Assembly: GCA_963666515.2 (NCBI GenBank)
Contig: OY762897.2
Span: 3,648,001-3,712,000, forward strand
Length of the DNA stretch: 64,000 bases
Direction: 5' to 3'
Source of the DNA: Candidatus Binatia bacterium
GTDB taxonomy: Bacteria; Desulfobacterota; Binatia; UBA9968; JAJDTQ01
The notes beneath the pieces were generated by a model. The model was not told the origin of the DNA. It saw nothing but the letters and a program-made list of their open reading frames with translations, and did not search any database. Positions 15,275 to 27,475 of the stretch are shown here, in pieces (the stretch's first letter is position 1; each line of letters starts with the position of its first letter). Both the position numbers and the translations under genes were made by a program.

Positions 15275-16358
15275 GGTTGTCCTTCGACGCCAGTTCGCGG
15301 ACGATCTCGTCGGCCGAGAACCACTGGAAGCGGGTGCGGCCGATGCCGTCGCACAGCACGAACTTGATCTTGCCGGCATGGGATTTCTTGTCCAGGGCCA
15401 TGCCGGCGACCAAATCTTCCAGGGCGATGTCTTCCGGGATGCGCCACGGCAGGCCCGCCCTGCGCACCAGCGCCTCGATGCGGCCCAGCTCCGCGGTGCT
15501 CAGCAGGCCCCGGCCCGCGGACAGAGACGCGGCCTGGATCATGCCGATGGCCACGGCCTCGCCGTGGAGGAAGCGCTCGTAGCCGGTAAAGGACTCCAGC
15601 GCGTGGCCGATGGTGTGGCCGAAGTTGAGGATGGCGCGGCGGTCGTCCTCGCGCTCGTCCTGCTCCACCACCGCGGCCTTGATGCGGCAGGAGCCGGCGA
15701 CCGCGGTCTCGACGGCCGCGGCGTCCAGGCGCATCAGCGAATCCATCTCCGCTTCCAGGAACCCGAAGTAGCCGGCGTCCTCGATGATGCCGTGCTTGAT
15801 CACCTCGGCCATCCCCGCGGCGAATTCGCGCTCCGGCAGCGTGCGTAGCGTCTTCATGTCGATGACCACCAGCCGCGGCTGGTGGAAGGCGCCGATGAGG
15901 TTCTTGCCGTGCTCATGGTTGACCGCGGTCTTGCCGCCCACGCTGGCGTCCACCTGCGCCAGCAGGGTGGTGGGGATCTGCACGTAGCCGATGCCGCGCA
16001 GGAACGTGGCCGCGGCGAACCCGGTGATGTCGCCGATGACGCCCCCGCCCAGGGCGATCAGCGTGGCGCTCCGGTCGAAGCGGCGCTCCACCAGCGCGTC
16101 GTAGATCAGCCCCAGGGACGCCGTGTCCTTGTGGGCCTCTCCCTCCGGGATCAGCACCAGCGCGGTGTCGTAGCCGGCGTCCCCGAGGGACTCCCGGACC
16201 TCCCCGGCGTAGAGGGCCGCCACTGCCGGGTTCGACACGATGCCGACGCGGCCGACGATTCCCTGGGCCTTCATCAACTCGCCCACGCGGGATAGCAGCC
16301 CCTCGCCCAGCTCGATGGGGTACGAGCGCTGTCCCAGATTGACGGTTACGGTCTGCAT
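15267..16358 (-). CDS. aroB: 3-dehydroquinate synthase
   Basis: [35 protein letters not shown]. Start MQTVTV at 16358. Confidence 0.96.
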   Translation of the reverse strand: MQTVTVNLGQRSYPIELGEGLLSRVGELMKAQGIVGRVGIVSNPAVAALYAGEVRESLGDAGYDTALVLIPEGEAHKDTASLGLIYDALVERRFDRSATLIALGGGVIGDITGFAAATFLRGIGYVQIPTTLLAQVDASVGGKTAVNHEHGKNLIGAFHQPRLVVIDMKTLRTLPEREFAAGMAEVIKHGIIEDAGYFGFLEAEMDSLMRLDAAAVETAVAGSCRIKAAVVEQDEREDDRRAILNFGHTIGHALESFTGYERFLHGEAVAIGMIQAASLSAGRGLLSTAELGRIEALVRRAGLPWRIPEDIALEDLVAGMALDKKSHAGKIKFVLCDGIGRTRFQWFSADEIVRELASKDNHA

Positions 16359-16861
16359 AGCCCCTGTTGAATGCGTTGCACCACCTGGTCCACGGTCAGC
16401 CCGTCCGTGTCCACGGCGATGTCGGCCTCGGCATAGATGCTTTCCCGTTGCGCCGAAAGCTCCTCGATCCGCTGGAGCCGGTCGGGACCCCGCAGCAGCG
16501 GGCGGTCGTCGCTCTCTCCCACGCGGCCGAGAACGGTCCGCGGCGACACCTTGAGCCAGATCAGCAGGCTGCGCTGCTTGAGCAGCCTCAGGTTGTCCGG
16601 GTCCACCACCGCGCCGCCTCCCAGGGCGATGACCTGCTCTGCCCCTTCCAGCACCCCTCCGAGGGCCGCCTTCTCGCGTTCCCTGAAATAACCCTCGCCG
16701 TGGCGGGCAAAGATATCCTGAACGGCATGCCCCTCGCCGGCCTCGATGACGGCGTCCAGATCGACGAACGACCAGTCCAGGGACCGCGCCAAGCTCCGGC
16801 CCACCACGGTCTTGCCGGCGGCCATGAAACCGGTCAGAGCGATGTTCGCGTAATCCGTAAT
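16346..16861 (-). CDS. aroK: Shikimate kinase (start probably non-canonical ATT at 16861)
   Basis: NIALTGFMAAGKT P-loop, GEGYFRERE, ALGGG, RPLL. The conserved beta1 strand lies upstream of the first ATG. Confidence 0.9.
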   Translation of the reverse strand: MTDYANIALTGFMAAGKTVVGRSLARSLDWSFVDLDAVIEAGEGHAVQDIFARHGEGYFREREKAALGGVLEGAEQVIALGGGAVVDPDNLRLLKQRSLLIWLKVSPRTVLGRVGESDDRPLLRGPDRLQRIEELSAQRESIYAEADIAVDTDGLTVDQVVQRIQQGLCRP

Positions 16862-16870
16862 GACGCGGCC

Positions 16871-18067
16871 TCAGAGGCTCTTGATCTGGTCCAGGTAGCC
16901 GTCGTAGTTGCGGGTGATTTCCGCCAGCGAGTCGCCGCCGAACTTCTCCAGGAACGCCCGCGCCAGCTCGAAGGAGACGATGGCCTCGCCGATGACGGCC
17001 GCCGCCGGCGCCGCGCAGGCGTCGGACCGCTCCACCGAGGCGTCCTCGGGTTGCTTGGTGTCCAGGTTGACCGACTGAAGCGGGCTCATCAGAGTCGAAA
17101 TGGGCTTCATGGCCACCCGCACCACCAGCGGCGCGCCGGTGGTGATGCCGCCTTCCAAACCCCCGGAATTGTTGCTGCCGCGGTAGAAATCGGTGGGCTG
17201 CATGCGCGTCCTGGTATCGGAGACCGTGTGCTGCGGGTCGAAGAAGATCTCGTCGTGCACCTCGGACCCTCGCCGCCTCGCCATGTCGAAGCCGCGGCCG
17301 ATCTCCACGCCCTTCATGGCCTGGATGCTCATCAGGCTCTGGGCCAGCCGGCCGTCGAGCTTCCGGTCCCAGTGCACGTGGCTTCCCAGGCCCGGCGGAA
17401 CGCCGGTGGCCACCACCTCGAAGACGCCGCCCAGGGTGTTTCCTTCCTTCTTGCACTCGTCGATGAGCGCGATGGCCCTCTTCTCGGCGTCCGCATCCGC
17501 CATGCGCACCGGCGAGTTCTCGGCCAACTCGAAGATCTCGTCGTAGCTCTTCCCGTTCAGGTCCCCCTCAATGCCGCCGAGGGAGCGCAGGTAGCCCCGC
17601 ACCTTGACCGAGAAGGGCTCGATCAACTGCTTGCAGAAGGAGCCCACCGCCACCCGCGACACGGTCTCGCGGGCGCTGGCCCGCTCCAGGATGTTGCGGA
17701 TGTCCGAGTGGCCGTACTTGAGGACGCCGACGAGGTCGGCGTGCCCCGGCCGCGGCTTCTTGACCGGGATCGCCTGCCCGTCGTCCTCCGCGTACGGAGA
17801 CATCTTCTTCGTCCAGTTCTTCCAGTCCCGGTTGTCGATGCCGAAGGCGACCGGCGATCCCAGGGTCTTGCCCCACCGGAGGCCGGACCGTACCTGCACC
17901 TCGTCCTTCTCGATGAGCATCCGGCCGCCCCGGCCGTAGCCCTGCTGCCGCCGCCAGAGATCGTGGTTGACCTTCTCGATGTCGATGTCGAATCCCGCCG
18001 GCACCCCCTCGATGATGGTGGTGAGGCACGGCCCGTGGGACTCCCCTGCGGTGAAATAGCGCAACAT
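16871..18067 (-). CDS. aroC: Chorismate synthase
   Basis: TAGESHG, RRQQGYGRGGR, PRPGHAD, ERASARET, MKPISTL. Confidence 0.98.
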   Translation of the reverse strand: MLRYFTAGESHGPCLTTIIEGVPAGFDIDIEKVNHDLWRRQQGYGRGGRMLIEKDEVQVRSGLRWGKTLGSPVAFGIDNRDWKNWTKKMSPYAEDDGQAIPVKKPRPGHADLVGVLKYGHSDIRNILERASARETVSRVAVGSFCKQLIEPFSVKVRGYLRSLGGIEGDLNGKSYDEIFELAENSPVRMADADAEKRAIALIDECKKEGNTLGGVFEVVATGVPPGLGSHVHWDRKLDGRLAQSLMSIQAMKGVEIGRGFDMARRRGSEVHDEIFFDPQHTVSDTRTRMQPTDFYRGSNNSGGLEGGITTGAPLVVRVAMKPISTLMSPLQSVNLDTKQPEDASVERSDACAAPAAAVIGEAIVSFELARAFLEKFGGDSLAEITRNYDGYLDQIKSL

Positions 18068-18176
18068 GATTCACATCTTAGCCCAAATCCTGCAGCCGGG
18101 CCAGTGCGGCCGGGGCCGAGCCGGATCGGAGCCTTTTCCTGCGGTGGAAGCGGGCGGGTCCGGTGAAGCGCGCGGG

Positions 18177-18590
18177 TCAGGACTTGACGCCGTGTCCGCG
18201 TGGGGGCGGTGCGCATCCATCGGGGACCAGGAGTTCGACTCCGGAGGTGATCGCATCGTACCACGAAGGGTGATCGGTCTTGAGCCTTTCCAGTTCCGCG
18301 ACGGTGTAGGGAAACAGGTCCATGCCCACGGGGAAACCGAACGGCAGGTAATCGCCGATCCGATCCCGGATAGACCGGTCAGAGTCGGAAATCACCACGC
18401 AGACGTCGACGTCGCTGCCCGGCGCAGGAACGCCGTTCACGCGCGACCCGAACCAGATGATACGCCGCACCTCGGGCCGGGTCTCCGCGAGGCGACGAGC
18501 CCAGCTTCGAACGGCCGCTTCAACGGCCGCCTGATTGCTCGACTTGACGACGAGCGAAGCTGACGAGCTTCTCGGCGCACGGGATGGCAT
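18177..18590 (-). CDS. Minimal nucleotidyltransferase (MNT) of a HEPN/MNT pair
   Basis: FGSRVNG..GSDVD motif. Overlaps the HEPN gene; exact start uncertain. Confidence 0.82.
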   Translation of the reverse strand: MPSRAPRSSSASLVVKSSNQAAVEAAVRSWARRLAETRPEVRRIIWFGSRVNGVPAPGSDVDVCVVISDSDRSIRDRIGDYLPFGFPVGMDLFPYTVAELERLKTDHPSWYDAITSGVELLVPDGCAPPPRGHGVKS

Positions 18591-18924
18591 CGTCGGAGTC
18601 CTTCTTCGTGTAGAAATCGGTAGGCGCGCCGGTGTCGAAACCGTTCGGGTAGCGCGTGGGCAGGTAATGCTTGTCGAGACTCTTGGCGCACTCGACCAGC
18701 TCCTCTCCGGCATCCTCCGCCGTCGTCACCAGACCAAGCAGAGCGGTGACGGTGTGGCCCCACGCATCCGAGCCCCGGCTCATAAGGACCGCCTTGAGCG
18801 ACTTCTCCGCCGCTTGCTGCGCCGCGAAGCATGCCCATTCATGCTCCCCGTGTTCACGGGCGTGGCGGGCGTGCCGCAGATCCGCATCCGCCTGACGGAG
18901 CCAATCCAACTGACGTGCAGGCAT
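18520..18924 (-). CDS. HEPN domain protein
   Basis: WACFAAQQAAEKSLKA, WGH, LDKHYLPTRYP. Confidence 0.9.
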   Translation of the reverse strand: MPARQLDWLRQADADLRHARHAREHGEHEWACFAAQQAAEKSLKAVLMSRGSDAWGHTVTALLGLVTTAEDAGEELVECAKSLDKHYLPTRYPNGFDTGAPTDFYTKKDSDDAIPCAEKLVSFARRQVEQSGGR

Positions 18925-19021
18925 AAGACGTTTGTAGCATCACGGAAAGGATCGGGAAACGGCTGTCACTCATCGCCACGTTGGCCCGGCTGCGCGGGTG
19001 GGTGCGGCGGGCCGGTCGGCG

Positions 19022-19426
19022 CTATTCGGCGGTATCGAGCCTCAGCAGGGCGCGCTTCAGCGCGGCTTCCGCGGCCACCAGCGCTTCGTCGTCGGCGTTG
19101 TCGCGGTCGTCGAGGATGCGCTCGGCTCGAGTGCGGGCGTTCTCGGCGCGGGCGGTGTCGATCTCCTGGGGGAACTCGGCGGCGTCGGCGAGCACGGTGA
19201 CGACGTTGTCCAGCACCTCGGCGTAGCCGCCGGTGAGGGTGATGACGGAGTTGGCGCCGGACTTCTTGTAGCTGAGCTGGCCGATGTCCAGGGTGGTCAT
19301 CAGCGCGGCGTGGTCGGGCAGGATGCCGAGCTGGCCCAGGGGGCCGGGCGCGGTCAGTTCGTCCACCTGCTCTTCGAGGACCAGGCGGACCGGAGTGACG
19401 ACTCTCAGTGAAATGCTGTCGGCCAT
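19022..19426 (-). CDS. atpC: ATP synthase F1 epsilon
   Basis: LRVVTP, GQLGILPDHA, GGYAEV. Confidence 0.96.
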   Translation of the reverse strand: MADSISLRVVTPVRLVLEEQVDELTAPGPLGQLGILPDHAALMTTLDIGQLSYKKSGANSVITLTGGYAEVLDNVVTVLADAAEFPQEIDTARAENARTRAERILDDRDNADDEALVAAEAALKRALLRLDTAE

Positions 19427-19446
19427 GACCTACTCGGCTTGGAACC

Positions 19447-23249
<3,803 letters not shown>

Positions 23250-23289
23250 GGCTCGCTCCCTTGGACGTGCGTGCTGCTCCCCGTCCCGC

Positions 23290-23314
23290 GGGCGGGTTTG
23301 GAACCCGCCCCTGC
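23290..23314 (-). repeat. REP-like hairpin between atpH and atpA
   Basis: Minus strand GCAG-GGGCGGG-TTCCAAA-CCCGCCC, resembling GTAG-family REP elements. Confidence 0.5.
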
Positions 23315-23325
23315 ACGTTCCCTTG

Positions 23326-23862
23326 CTAGTAGGTCCGTTCGATGCTCTTTCTCAAACTCTCAAGCTGCGTGCGCACGCTGCCGTCGTACACCTTGCCGCC
23401 GACCTCGACGACGATGCCGCCGATCAGTGCGGGATCCACTTCCTCGGTGAGGATGGCGGTCTTGCCCGTCATCCGGCCGACCACCTCCGCAAGGCTCGCT
23501 CGCTGCCCTTCCTCCATGGCCTGGGACACGACGACCTTGGCGTTCACCCGTCCCGCGGCGTCGTCCAGCAGGCTGCGGTAGTGGCGCGCGATGGAGGGCA
23601 ACCCGTCGAGGCGGTCCCGCGTCACCAGCAGCGAGAGGAAGTTCGCGGTCAGGTCCGACAGCCCCAGCCGTCCCGCCACCTCGACCACGATGTCCTTGCG
23701 GCGGTCCTGGTCGAAAGCGGGATTTCCCAGCACCTTCCTGAGGTCGGGGTCCTCGTACGCCGCGAGGAAACCGTCGATCTCGGCCCCGACGGCCTCCTCG
23801 CGGCCCGAGGCGAGCTCGAAAACGGCTCTCGCGTAACGGCGGCTCAGCTTTCCTTCGATCAT
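23326..23862 (-). CDS. atpH: ATP synthase delta
   Basis: [21 protein letters not shown]. Confidence 0.95.
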   Translation of the reverse strand: MIEGKLSRRYARAVFELASGREEAVGAEIDGFLAAYEDPDLRKVLGNPAFDQDRRKDIVVEVAGRLGLSDLTANFLSLLVTRDRLDGLPSIARHYRSLLDDAAGRVNAKVVVSQAMEEGQRASLAEVVGRMTGKTAILTEEVDPALIGGIVVEVGGKVYDGSVRTQLESLRKSIERTY

Positions 23863-23896
23863 CGGTTGTGAACCCGGTTTCCTGGCCGCGCCGGCG

Positions 23897-24439
23897 TCAG
23901 AGCGCCTGTATCTCCCGCGCGAAGCTCTCGACCATGCGGTCCTGGTCCGCGGCTCCCATGTGCTGCCGGATCACCCGCTCCGCGGCAGCCTCCGCCAGGA
24001 GCGCCATCTCCCCGCGAATCTGCTGGCGCGCCATCTTGACCTCCTGCTCGGCCAGGAAGTCGGCGTCGGCCTTGAGCTTCACGGCCGACTCTTCCGCCTC
24101 GGCCACGATGCGCGCCCGTTCACGCTCGCCCTCGGCTCTCAGCCCCTCCCGGATCCGCTCGCACTCTTCGTCAAGGACTTCCAGCAATTCCCGATACTTG
24201 CGAACGTGTCCCTCGGCCTCGCCCTTGGCCTGTTGCGCCGCGGCCACGGCCTCGACGAGGCCCTCGCGGCGCTGCTTCAGGTGCTGTCGGATGAGCGGCA
24301 GGCCGTAGCGTTTGACCAGAAAGGCGAAGATCAGGAAGTTGATGAGCGGAAAGAGCAGTTCCGTGATGGAAGGAGTGTGAGTTCCGCCCGCGGTCGCGGC
24401 CCAGGCCGTGGACACGAAGATGTCGGTCAAAAGGGTCAT
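23897..24439 (-). CDS. atpF: ATP synthase F0 subunit b
   Basis: INFLIF TM segment followed by a charged coiled coil; operon context. Confidence 0.88.
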   Translation of the reverse strand: MTLLTDIFVSTAWAATAGGTHTPSITELLFPLINFLIFAFLVKRYGLPLIRQHLKQRREGLVEAVAAAQQAKGEAEGHVRKYRELLEVLDEECERIREGLRAEGERERARIVAEAEESAVKLKADADFLAEQEVKMARQQIRGEMALLAEAAAERVIRQHMGAADQDRMVESFAREIQAL

Positions 24440-24864
24440 GACAGCTTCCGGCCCAGGACCTTCTCCGCCATCTCCTGCGCCAGCGCGTCGGCGTTGGTGG
24501 AGGCCACGCGGCGGGCCGCTTCCAGTTCCTGCCGCACCTCTTCGCGAATCTCCTGTATCTTCTGGGTGGCGGCGTCACGCCCCTGGGACAGGATGACGTT
24601 GCGCGCCTTGAGGGCTTCCTCGCGGATTTCGCTCTTGATCGCCTCTCCCTCGGCCCTTGCCTGGGCGATGGCGGAGTCGTACCGCTCCTGCAGCGCCTTC
24701 CCTTCCTCGGCCATGGAGCGGGCCTCGGCGTGGGCGCCGTCGGTCCTGCGCTCCCGTTCCGCCATCAGGCGCCCCACGGGCCCGAACAGCACCCGCCGGA
24801 GAATGCTCCAGAGGATCAGGAACAGGACAATTTGGACCACCAAGGAATAGTCTATGCTGATCAT
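24436..24864 (-). CDS. ATP synthase F0 subunit b'
   Basis: QIVLFLIL..LFGPV..ERE TM plus coiled coil; tandem b'/b arrangement. Confidence 0.88.
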   Translation of the reverse strand: MISIDYSLVVQIVLFLILWSILRRVLFGPVGRLMAERERRTDGAHAEARSMAEEGKALQERYDSAIAQARAEGEAIKSEIREEALKARNVILSQGRDAATQKIQEIREEVRQELEAARRVASTNADALAQEMAEKVLGRKLS

Positions 24865-24932
24865 GCTTCGCGTTCGGTGCTGATGACGCCGGACTCGTAC
24901 GGCGGGCCCCGGTCAGGGGAGATTCGGAGATG

Positions 24933-24961
24933 GGTGTAGCATCCACACCATTCCTTGTCAA
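24933..24961 (-). promoter_or_regulatory. Promoter of the atp operon
   Basis: TTGACA-N17-TACACC with an extended TGn motif. Confidence 0.6.
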
Positions 24962-25009
24962 AGACAGCGGGTTACGGGCACTGGAGGGACCATCAGCGCG
25001 CGCCGGTAG

Positions 25010-25873
25010 CTATCCGTTTCCCATCATCATGCCGGTGATGCGATCCAGATCCGCCGCGGAATAATACTCGATTTCCAGCTTGCCCTTGTCGTCGCGGGCA
25101 CGGTGCGTGAGCCGGACCCGGGTCCCCAGGCGGCGCTGCAGCGTCTCCACCAGGTGGGACAGGTCCGGGTCCAGGCGGTTCTCGGTCCGGGTCCGCCTGG
25201 GGGCGTTCAGCCGCTTCACCAGCGCCTCGGTGTCGCGGGTGGACAGGTCCCTGGCCATGACCTCGCGCGCCGCGGAAGCCATCATCGAACGGTCCTTGAG
25301 GCCCAGCAGCGCCCGGGCCTGCCCCGCGGCCAGCTCGCCGCGGGAGACATGCTCCTTGATCGGGTCGGGCAGCGACAGCAGGCGCATGGCATTGGCCACC
25401 GCGGAGCGGCTCCGGCCGACCTTTTCCGCCACCTGCTCCTGGGTCAGGTTGAACCGTTCCTGCAGTTCGACGAAAGCGGCCGCCTCTTCGATGGGGTTCA
25501 GGTCCTCGCGCTGCAGGTTCTCGACGAGGGCCAGCAGGAGCGAGTCTGGATCGGCTGTTTCGTGAACGATAATGGGCACTTCCGAAAGCCCCAGCCGCCT
25601 CGCGGCGCGCAGGCGGCGCTCGCCGGCGATGAGTTCATAGCCGCTGGCGGTGGCGCGCACGACCAGCGGCTGCAGCATCCCGCTGGCCTCGATGGAGCCG
25701 GCCAGCTCGTTTATCTTCTCTTCGTCGAAAACCCGGCGGGGCTGGTCCGGGTTGGGTGCGATCAAGGAAGGGTCCGCCGTGGTGGGGGGAGCCTCCCGAG
25801 GCGCATCTTCGACTATGGGCTCGTTCCGGGGCAGCAGGGCGTCGAGTCCCCGCCCAAGTCTATTCTTCTGCAT
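25010..25873 (-). CDS. parB: Chromosome partitioning protein ParB
   Basis: LGRGLDALL, PNPDQPRR, IAGERR, ENLQREDL, HTH SRSAVAN. Confidence 0.97.
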   Translation of the reverse strand: MQKNRLGRGLDALLPRNEPIVEDAPREAPPTTADPSLIAPNPDQPRRVFDEEKINELAGSIEASGMLQPLVVRATASGYELIAGERRLRAARRLGLSEVPIIVHETADPDSLLLALVENLQREDLNPIEEAAAFVELQERFNLTQEQVAEKVGRSRSAVANAMRLLSLPDPIKEHVSRGELAAGQARALLGLKDRSMMASAAREVMARDLSTRDTEALVKRLNAPRRTRTENRLDPDLSHLVETLQRRLGTRVRLTHRARDDKGKLEIEYYSAADLDRITGMMMGNG

Positions 25874-26660
25874 GACTTCGTTCCTTCCGGCCCATCAACT
25901 CGGCGGCCAGGCTCAGGTAGCTCTGCGCTCCGGTCGAACGGGCATCGTAGAGCAGCGCCGGCCTTCCATGGCTGGGGCTCTCGCTCAGGCGCACGTTTCG
26001 GGGGATGACGGTCTGGAATACGTCGTCGGGGAAATGGTCGCGAACGTCCTGAGCGACCTGGGCCGAGAGATTGCTCCGGCCGTCATACATGCAAAGGACG
26101 ACGCCCTCGAAGTCCAGGTGCTGGTTGTAGGACGTCTGGACACGCTTCATGGTGTCCAGGACCGCGGTGAGGCCTTCGAGGGCATAGTATTCGCACTGAA
26201 GGGGGACCAGAAGCGAATCGGCAGCGGCCAGGGCATTGAGGGTCAGGAGGCCCAGGGAAGGCGGGCAGTCCAGCAGGACGTAATCGAATCTATACCGGAC
26301 GGTCTCCAATGCCTGCCGCAAGCGCCCGATGCGGTTCTCCATCTCGATCATCTGGATTTCCGCGCTCACCAGGTCGCGGTTGGCGGGCAACAGGAACAGC
26401 GAGGGCATTTCCGTGGCGCAGAGCGCCTCGGTGACGAAACAGTTCTCGAGCATCACGTCGTAGATGCTCTTGTTGAGAGACCTGGGGTCGATCCCGAAGC
26501 CTGTCGTACTGTTGCCCTGCGGGTCCATGTCCACGATCAGCGTCTTTTTGGTGGCGACGGCCAGGGACGCGCCGAGGTTCACCGCGGTGGTGGTCTTTCC
26601 GACCCCGCCCTTCTGATTGGCTATGGCGACTATCTTTCCCAAAATCTTGTTATAATTCAA
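25860..26660 (-). CDS. parA: Chromosome partitioning ATPase ParA/Soj
   Basis: NQKGGVGKTTT, DMDPQGN, DCPPSLG, QCEYYALEG. Start may be TTG 26642. Confidence 0.97.
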   Translation of the reverse strand: MNYNKILGKIVAIANQKGGVGKTTTAVNLGASLAVATKKTLIVDMDPQGNSTTGFGIDPRSLNKSIYDVMLENCFVTEALCATEMPSLFLLPANRDLVSAEIQMIEMENRIGRLRQALETVRYRFDYVLLDCPPSLGLLTLNALAAADSLLVPLQCEYYALEGLTAVLDTMKRVQTSYNQHLDFEGVVLCMYDGRSNLSAQVAQDVRDHFPDDVFQTVIPRNVRLSESPSHGRPALLYDARSTGAQSYLSLAAELMGRKERSHAEE

Positions 26661-26722
26661 TGAGTTATGATAAGGCCGTGATCTTGATTTGTAACACGAC
26701 AGGACCCGAAAAGGAAGTCCGG

Positions 26723-26738
26723 TGTTTCACGTGAAACA
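26723..26738. promoter_or_regulatory. parS site 1
   Basis: Perfect consensus palindrome TGTTTCACGTGAAACA between rsmG and parA. Confidence 0.93.
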
Positions 26739-26772
26739 TCGGCACGGGACCTGGATCGAGGAGGGTGGGTCC

Positions 26773-27456
26773 TCAAGTTTTCCCCGGCGTGTACGACTTC
26801 CGGAACATGAGCACGGTCCTGCGCTCGTCACCGAAGGGCAACTCGAAGCTCACCGTTCTCTCGGCCGAGAGCCCATATTCCGGCAGGTCGCCTCGGACAT
26901 CATCCAGGACGGCCGCACCCTTCGGCCCCTGCATCAGGATAGACACGCCTCCCGAAGCAAGCAGGCCGCCGCTGACCCTCAGGAAGCCGCGAATGTCCGA
27001 GAATCCGCGGGTGACGGTCTCCGCAATGGCCGGCAACTCTCCACCGGACAGGTTCTCGATACGGCTCTCGATCACGTGCAAGCCCGTCAGCTTCAGCTCC
27101 CGCGCGACGTGCCTCAGGAAATTTGCCCGCTTCCGGCGCGGCTCCACCAGGTACACGGGTTTGCCGGGAACCGCGAGCTTGATGGGGATACCGGGGAAAC
27201 CGGCGCCACTGCCGATGTCCAGGAGGCTGCCGTCACGACTCAACAAGGGCACGACGGCAAGCGAATCGATGAAGTGGCGCCGCACCACGAGCTCTTCTTC
27301 GTGGATGGCCGTGAGGTTCAGCCGCTCGCTCCAGAACGAAAGCAGGGACAGGTAACGGCTGAACGCCTTCGTTTGGAGCGGTGACAGATCGACGCCAAGG
27401 GATCCGGCGCCCGCGGCCAGAAGCCGCTCGTTTCTGTCTGAATCCGTGGCGGACAC
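26773..27456 (-). CDS. rsmG: 16S rRNA m7G527 methyltransferase
   Basis: LNLTAI, HFIDSL, DIGSGAGFPGIP. Confidence 0.95.
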   Translation of the reverse strand: MSATDSDRNERLLAAGAGSLGVDLSPLQTKAFSRYLSLLSFWSERLNLTAIHEEELVVRRHFIDSLAVVPLLSRDGSLLDIGSGAGFPGIPIKLAVPGKPVYLVEPRRKRANFLRHVARELKLTGLHVIESRIENLSGGELPAIAETVTRGFSDIRGFLRVSGGLLASGGVSILMQGPKGAAVLDDVRGDLPEYGLSAERTVSFELPFGDERRTVLMFRKSYTPGKT

Positions 27457-27475
27457 CTTGGGCGGCGGGACAGGT

